Below are positions 58,446 to 64,000 of a DNA stretch of 64,000 bases, in pieces; position 1 is the stretch's first letter, and each line of letters begins with the position of its first letter. Origin of the DNA: a virus; the IMG/VR virus record IMGVR_UViG_3300044627_003356; one strand, 5' to 3'. The position numbers and the translations under genes are program-made. Below the pieces are notes generated by a model. That model ran no database searches. It was not told where the DNA came from and saw only the letters and a program-made list of their open reading frames with translations.

Positions 58446-58868
58446 CTATTTAAGGAATTTGCTTATTGTATCAGGATTTACATGAGAAATCAACCATGAG
58501 ATAGCAATAATACCACCGGCAACCATCCACTTCCATTTGAGTAAAGCATCCAAAGCATCTTTCTCTTGTTTGTTATGTTCACTCATATCTTTACGGAGAG
58601 ATTTGAATTCATCCATAATTTCTTTGTTTGAAGATTCCATCTTATCCAAAACGGTATCTATTCGCTGATGAATTTCTTTGATATCGGTTTCCGTTTCTAA
58701 TCTTCGTTTGTCCATGTCCGTATATACCTTTGCAATATGGCGGTCGTGTTGGTCCACCAGTTTTTCTATAATCTGGTCCATTTTATTACAAAGTGCAGAT
58801 AAAGTCAATACTTGTGTTTTTAAAACACCAATATCCACTTTAATGTCGGTATCGTCAAACTCTGCCAT
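58446..58868 (-). CDS. Coiled-coil protein with C-terminal TM (lysis region)
   Basis: Heptad-rich; KWKWMVAGGIIAISWLI. Confidence 0.6.
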   Translation of the reverse strand: MAEFDDTDIKVDIGVLKTQVLTLSALCNKMDQIIEKLVDQHDRHIAKVYTDMDKRRLETETDIKEIHQRIDTVLDKMESSNKEIMDEFKSLRKDMSEHNKQEKDALDALLKWKWMVAGGIIAISWLISHVNPDTISKFLK

Positions 58869-60073
58869 TTATTTCTTTTCTGGTACTTTTGTGCCTTCTA
58901 ATTTCTTATGCACTTTTATTTCTTTACAAACTTCTTTTTCTTTACCAGTTTTTTGGTCTTTCTGCACCACGCAAGCCTTTTTAGTTTCAGCTGCATATGC
59001 AACTTGATAACCAACAGCAGACCAAATAACGAGATTGAGTGCAATTAAAAACTTTTTCATTTCTGTTCTTCCTTTTTAGCAAATTTTTCTGAGGCAGTAA
59101 ATCCTAATCCCGCAATCACCAAGTATATCATTGAATCAAATAATGATGTGGTTACTTTATAACCATGTATGTCAGCAATAAAACCATAAACACACACAAT
59201 AAACGCCAATAATGTAATAACCCTCTTACTACTAACAGAGCCATTAACACCATCAGATAACATACTATTTAACCAATTCATTTCATAACTCTGGTTGTGG
59301 TGGTTGAACAGGTGCTGGTTTACCACCAAATCCCGTTACAACTCCCGGTGTAAATGGTGATGCTGTTGGTGTTGCGGTAAATTGATTTGTGTTGCCACCA
59401 AACGAACCAGTAAACTGTGATGTATTTCCACCAAAGCTTGTTGATGAACTTGGTGTAGATGGTGTGGTTGGTGCAGGCGATACTGTTGTTGGTCTATTAG
59501 CCAATTCTAATGCTCTTTTTTGTGCATCCTTATCACCACCAGCCAACATGATACCTGACAATGTACCAGTCAAGAATGTGGCGATAGGTACAATCAACTC
59601 AAAGAACTTTTGGTCGATTGGAGAAATAGCGTTGAGTGGTTGTGTTACAAAAATTAAAGAATACAACACAACGAATACAATACCAAACAATGTGAGTGTC
59701 AAACAAATACCAATGAAAAACTTCAGTCGAGCCATCAACTGCTCTTCTGTATACATGAAATCTGTTTCTGGTTGTTTTTGTTCTTTGTTAAATAAATTCA
59801 TTTGCAATTCGCTCCGGTTACTGTTGGTGTTGGTGTTTTTTGTGCGAGTGACTTATCTCCAGCAGGACCAACTCTTGGATCATTTTGACCTTTAAAAATA
59901 TGTTCCGGACAAGTTCTAGTTACATCACACCATGGTAATTTACATATATCTTTATCCCAATTTGCTGGATCTTGGCATGGATATCGAAATCTATCACCAC
60001 TAAAATAAGCCAACGTTAAGGGCAATAATAATATAAACAAAATCCACTTTAATAACTTCTTATCATTCATCAA
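58869..60073 (-). other. Four membrane/exported proteins, holin/antiholin candidates (58869-59060, 59057-59329, 59283-59807, 59798-60073)
   Basis: Signal/TM segments; directly downstream of endolysin. Confidence 0.6.
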
Positions 60074-60696
60074 TGAACTCCCAATACATGAAGTGCGTGT
60101 TCATAATGTTTAATTCTATCTTCAAGTCCAATGGTACCACCATTAATACGCTTTGTTAATGTGAGAATGTCGCCTTTATCAGCCCATTGGTTTAGATTGT
60201 TTGTTTCCCAGAACCAACAAGCAGATTGTGCTGCACCTTCAAATGTTTGTAAATATTCAGATGCTTCTTCAACAGGTACTTCAATTGAGGCAGCAAACCA
60301 AGAATAGTTCTCTTTGCCTGTCAATTGAATTAGGCCACGACCACAATATCTGAAACCATCACCAGAAGCTTCATCACCATTACCCATACGATTAGCATAG
60401 ATACGATTTGCAATTGCTTCTTGTTTATTTGGTTTGTTTGCATACTCATTGGCCAATTCATCTGTTGGAAAATACTTGGCAAAGAGTTTACGCAAAGTCG
60501 GCGCACGATAATTTAAATTCTCTTTGAGAAATACAAAATTACCGGATTCGTGAGCGCATTGTGCTATGAAGGCAGCAATGCGTTGAGGTGTATTGATACC
60601 ATAATCGGGTAACAATTGTGACAATGCATTGTGCCATTGGTCAATGTATGGATTCTTTGGAAGCAATTGCTTCAGTTGATCTTTTGTCAGTTCCAT
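60070..60696 (-). CDS. GH19 endolysin
   Basis: AAFIAQCAHES, ENLNY, GDGFRYCGRGLIQLTGKENY, INGGTIGL. Confidence 0.93.
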   Translation of the reverse strand: MELTKDQLKQLLPKNPYIDQWHNALSQLLPDYGINTPQRIAAFIAQCAHESGNFVFLKENLNYRAPTLRKLFAKYFPTDELANEYANKPNKQEAIANRIYANRMGNGDEASGDGFRYCGRGLIQLTGKENYSWFAASIEVPVEEASEYLQTFEGAAQSACWFWETNNLNQWADKGDILTLTKRINGGTIGLEDRIKHYEHALHVLGVH

Positions 60697-61429
60697 TATT
60701 TCTTGATCATTCCTAAAATTTTAGCTTTAATTGCTTTAGCCCAAAAAGGTTCTGGAAAATGCCAACCTACAAATGCGCCAACTAAAACCCAAAAAAGTGT
60801 ATCTACCATTTTTTATTCCCCTTATGCCATTAAAGAAGCTGCACTAATAGCAGCGTTGATGATTAAATTTAATTGCTCTTTTAATGCCAATCCTTCAGCA
60901 TCGTCAGCAATACCTTCCATAATATTAATGCCTTTCAGCAATTCGACATATTCTTCTTTACTAACTAATCCATCGGCCAACATTTTATTGTATTCAATGA
61001 TGTAAGCATTTAATTGTTCTGGTGTCATCTTGGTTTGCTCCCTAGTACATGTTGAATTGTATCAGCTGATTTAACAATCTGTTGTAGTTTTGCTTTACAA
61101 AAAATTGGTGAAATCTTTTCTGCTTTGTTAAAATAATCTCTTGTATCTTTTGTCAATGTCAATAACTTGGTTGACATATTATCCGTATCTTTATTTCTTG
61201 GTATATGAGATGTAAAATTCTTAAATTCTAAAGTTTTAATATACAAATCATTTACCTGTGCAACAACTAATAATTGATTGCCACAATTTTCTTCGGCAAC
61301 TTGTGCTTTTGTTTTAATATCATTAACAATGAAGTATTCGTTAGTGTCATACTTGGCCATAAAGTAGGCATCAAATAAAGTACAACCACTTAACAATACA
61401 ACAAAGGCCAATGGTATTAATTTTTTCAT
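60696..61429 (-). other. Small proteins 60696-60809 (membrane), 60822-61028, lipoprotein 61025-61429
   Basis: LSGC lipobox in 61025-61429. Confidence 0.6.
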
Positions 61430-61863
61430 TAATTACACCATGATTGCTTTGCATCACCAAAGTATTCACGAGCAAAACCATTTTGAATTAGACCTGTGCG
61501 TAATGATTGTCCATCTAAAATGATGTCACCTAAGACACGGCCACCAAATTTATCCCAGCTATACAACACAACTTGACGCTTGGTAGATTTTGCAATGGCG
61601 GCTTTTGTAAATTCAGTAGCGGCCTTGCCACGGGTATCTTCGGAAGGACATTGAGCTCTGTGTCCTTTTTCTGGAGTATCCACACCGAATATTCTAACGG
61701 CAAGTTCGGGTTTAAGTGGTGCTGGTAAAAAGGGAGCCGCTATGACCACAGTATCGCCATCAATCATGCGGACAATCTGTGCATCATAGGTTACACCTTG
61801 CGGAGTTTTTTGTGCCATCACCAACATTGGCATTGCAAGTAATACAAGTAGTAGTTTTTTCAT
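61429..61863 (-). CDS. Exported thermonuclease (SNase-like)
   Basis: Signal peptide; IDGDT, RIFGVDTPE, DKFGGRVLG. Confidence 0.88.
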   Translation of the reverse strand: MKKLLLVLLAMPMLVMAQKTPQGVTYDAQIVRMIDGDTVVIAAPFLPAPLKPELAVRIFGVDTPEKGHRAQCPSEDTRGKAATEFTKAAIAKSTKRQVVLYSWDKFGGRVLGDIILDGQSLRTGLIQNGFAREYFGDAKQSWCN

Positions 61864-62153
61864 TTTACACTATCAAATATTTGTTTCTGTTGTTTATACC
61901 ATAACTGCCATGCGTTATATCTATCTTGTAACTCATAATACAGTCCGTAATTCTCATTAGCATTTTGTAACAGGTCTGCTAATGTCTTTTTATCTTCACT
62001 TAGAGGCTTTAGAACCGGAGCGGGCTCCATTAGCACTTGAGGAGCCTCTGGAAATTTTTGGCTCAACGGCACGGTTGTAGAGCATCCAAGCATCATCAGA
62101 CAACTCACACTTAGAATTAATAGCTTCTCTCTTTGCTTCAATATCCCTAGCAT
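61860..62153 (-). CDS. Outer-membrane spanin (Rz1-like lipoprotein)
   Basis: MLGC lipobox, Pro-rich; overlaps i-spanin 3' end. Confidence 0.75.
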   Translation of the reverse strand: MLGILKQREKLLILSVSCLMMLGCSTTVPLSQKFPEAPQVLMEPAPVLKPLSEDKKTLADLLQNANENYGLYYELQDRYNAWQLWYKQQKQIFDSVK

Positions 62154-62490
62154 TTCTATTCACCTTCTCTTTAATCAACTCTTTATTTTTACTAACTTCA
62201 TTTGCCAACTTTTCATTGACCTTTGCAGATTTAATTTCTGCTTCTTTTATCTTTGCTTGCATTTCGGCTATTCTAGCACGATATGACATTTCTGTGGCAT
62301 ATCCTCCTTCAAAGAATACACCAATCACTAATAATACTATACCCAATTGTCTGCCAACCAAAGCGTATGGTTGAACCATAGGTATAAATCTAACAAATGA
62401 TCCTATAAATGTTAATACAAGTCCAAGAATGACTAGACCATGTATTGCCCATTGTAAAATCCAATCAGGAATGAATGACAAGAACCACAT
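61996..62490 (-). CDS. Inner-membrane spanin (Rz-like)
   Basis: N-terminal TM segments, periplasmic coiled coil. Confidence 0.7.
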   Translation of the reverse strand: MWFLSFIPDWILQWAIHGLVILGLVLTFIGSFVRFIPMVQPYALVGRQLGIVLLVIGVFFEGGYATEMSYRARIAEMQAKIKEAEIKSAKVNEKLANEVSKNKELIKEKVNRNARDIEAKREAINSKCELSDDAWMLYNRAVEPKISRGSSSANGARSGSKASK

Positions 62491-62491
62491 A

Positions 62492-63037
62492 TTAAGCCTT
62501 TGGAGGTTTTCTCCTGATGGACATCATAACAGGACTCTTTCTTTTCCTTCTATTAACAGCACTAGCACTAATGGGATCGGTAGACGTTGCAACACCAGTT
62601 ACATTCGTTGGTCCTGATGAACCACCTATTGCACCATCTTCATCTATAACTCTCATTGACCATTCTTCTTCACCTTCTAAAACTGGAATATCAATTTCTT
62701 CAGGTACACAATTAGGTACCATACGGTCACCTTTTTTCTTCATACCTCTGGCAACATAACCTCTCCAACAGGCTTCAAAAACGTTTTCAGTTTTTACATT
62801 AATTGGTGCACCACGGCGTTCTGGATTAGGATCTTCTCTACGCTTTCTACGAGCAGCTGAAGCACGGGCATCTTTACCAATGGCGTGTGCTTTGGCTTGA
62901 GGTAAACACTTTGGTTTGCCTTCGCCTGGTTCTCTCGCACAATCACCTTTGATATTACCTTTAGTGTCCATGCGAACCCACTTTTGCTTAAACCATTGGC
63001 GTAAATCTTCACCAAGGTATTCTTTAAAAGATTGCAT
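62492..63037 (-). CDS. Probable internal head protein
   Basis: Reassigned start MQSFKEYLGE resembles T4 IP capsid-targeting sequence; LRQWFKQKWV, KPKCLP. Confidence 0.55.
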   Translation of the reverse strand: MQSFKEYLGEDLRQWFKQKWVRMDTKGNIKGDCAREPGEGKPKCLPQAKAHAIGKDARASAARRKRREDPNPERRGAPINVKTENVFEACWRGYVARGMKKKGDRMVPNCVPEEIDIPVLEGEEEWSMRVIDEDGAIGGSSGPTNVTGVATSTDPISASAVNRRKRKSPVMMSIRRKPPKA

Positions 63038-63357
63038 TAGCAGTTCCACTTTCTTAAAGCTTTATTGATACGGCTATCTGGATCATTTGCTGTCTTAGCA
63101 GAGGTTAATCGTTTCTTCATGCCACCCATACGAGCACAAAATGATTTTCTACGATTGGCTGATTTAGAACCTGGTTTTAGTTTAGACGGCTTTGTTGTGA
63201 CAGCCATAGATAATTTGGAACCTGGATTTTCTCTACGATAAGAGGCAATACCTTTACGATTCAGTCCACCCTCTGGATCTTTACCTGCAGAACGTTGCCA
63301 TGCTGGAGATTTTTCATCCAAGTATTCTTCGGTTACAAACTGTTTGAATGTTTTCAT
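63037..63357 (-). CDS. Probable internal head protein (basic)
   Basis: MKTFKQFVTE capsid-targeting-like start; RRKSFCARM...LRKWNC. Confidence 0.6.
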   Translation of the reverse strand: MKTFKQFVTEEYLDEKSPAWQRSAGKDPEGGLNRKGIASYRRENPGSKLSMAVTTKPSKLKPGSKSANRRKSFCARMGGMKKRLTSAKTANDPDSRINKALRKWNC

Positions 63358-63740
63358 ATTTGCCTCAATATCTCTGCGACATTAACATCTATTTGTATTT
63401 CTACGACCGAAATGTTTTTACCTCTAATACCGTAAACCATTTCTGGTACAATGTTCAAATATGACAAGAAAGTTTTGAGTATATCATAATCTCTCTCGTC
63501 TATCTTATAGAATAATATTCTAGCCGTTGCTTCAGGACCAAAAACATTATTCAATAAAATAATATGATTTAATATTAATCTCTCTTTAAGAGATTTAGTA
63601 ATTTTATATCTACGAAACAAACGCTTCAAATATTTTGTTCGTTTAATATCGCTCTCAAATTCAGACATAATACAATGTGGTGCATCGTAGCACTTTACCG
63701 CATATATCAAAAAATTATCATCATTTAAATCATCAATCAT
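63354..63740 (-). CDS. Conserved T4-like hypothetical protein
   Basis: YAVKCYDAPHC..EF..D.KR.KYLKRL, ERLILNHIILLNNVFG. Confidence 0.75.
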   Translation of the reverse strand: MIDDLNDDNFLIYAVKCYDAPHCIMSEFESDIKRTKYLKRLFRRYKITKSLKERLILNHIILLNNVFGPEATARILFYKIDERDYDILKTFLSYLNIVPEMVYGIRGKNISVVEIQIDVNVAEILRQI

Positions 63741-63744
63741 TATA

Positions 63745-63975
63745 TCATTCTTCTTCTATGTCTGGTTCCTCTGAAGAAAGATAATCATCTAACTCATTTT
63801 CATCAGATATCATCGCTTCAACATCATAGTAACCATTATCATTCATTTCATAAGAAAAATAAAAATAATGTTGAACTTCATCCAAATTATTCATCTTCTC
63901 TACTGTGCCATTTAATTCGGCACCCGAGCGAGCACCGAATTGATCTATATGCACAATTTCTTCACCCATATCCAA
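63745..63975 (-). CDS. Acidic hypothetical protein (probably partial, continues beyond window)
   Basis: ORF at window edge. Confidence 0.5.
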   Translation of the reverse strand: MDMGEEIVHIDQFGARSGAELNGTVEKMNNLDEVQHYFYFSYEMNDNGYYDVEAMISDENELDDYLSSEEPDIEEE

Positions 63976-64000
63976 ATCGTGAAATATTACTTTAGGGAGA

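Noticed and set aside
1-64000. Alternative genetic code, introns/inteins, diversity-generating retroelement or retron
   Set aside because: Core genes (nrdA, nrdB, primase, thyX, gp32) are uninterrupted in the standard code; no reverse transcriptase or template/variable repeat pair seen

Overview
64 kb of an AT-rich T4-like myovirus genome in the standard genetic code. The host is probably a Gram-negative freshwater bacterium, possibly a betaproteobacterium (inferred from the Bug/TctC proteins, spanins and GH19 endolysin). Left to right: (1) baseplate/tail module (gp53, gp48, gp4, gp2, gp54, gp26/gp51, two paralogous tape-measure/hub-like proteins); (2) gp32, gp59, gp33, SleB-like hydrolase and an exonuclease; (3) an AT-rich accessory island behind a late-promoter motif, with a gp38-like Gly-rich adhesin followed by a desaturase, two PP-loop/AsnB-like ATP pyrophosphatases, five 2OG-Fe(II)-type oxygenases, a GNAT and a Bug/TctC binding protein, plus a second inverted Bug + PP-loop cassette; (4) phoH, a DenV-like glycosylase and rubredoxin-rubrerythrin with OxyR-like boxes; (5) a long early hyperplastic region of small genes behind sigma70-type promoters, many carrying a phased TGTTG-N8-CAACA palindrome, with tRNA-Glu, structured non-coding segments and a possible origin/terminus zone at about 41.7-42.9 kb; (6) rnh, nrdAB, thyX, primase, an extended lysis cassette and probable internal head proteins. 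Best candidates for new biology: the late adhesin-linked enzyme island, a G/GT-type -1 frameshift joining gp26 to gp51, the phased operator, and tandem stem-bracketed RNAs. All protein calls come from motif recognition by eye, not database searches.
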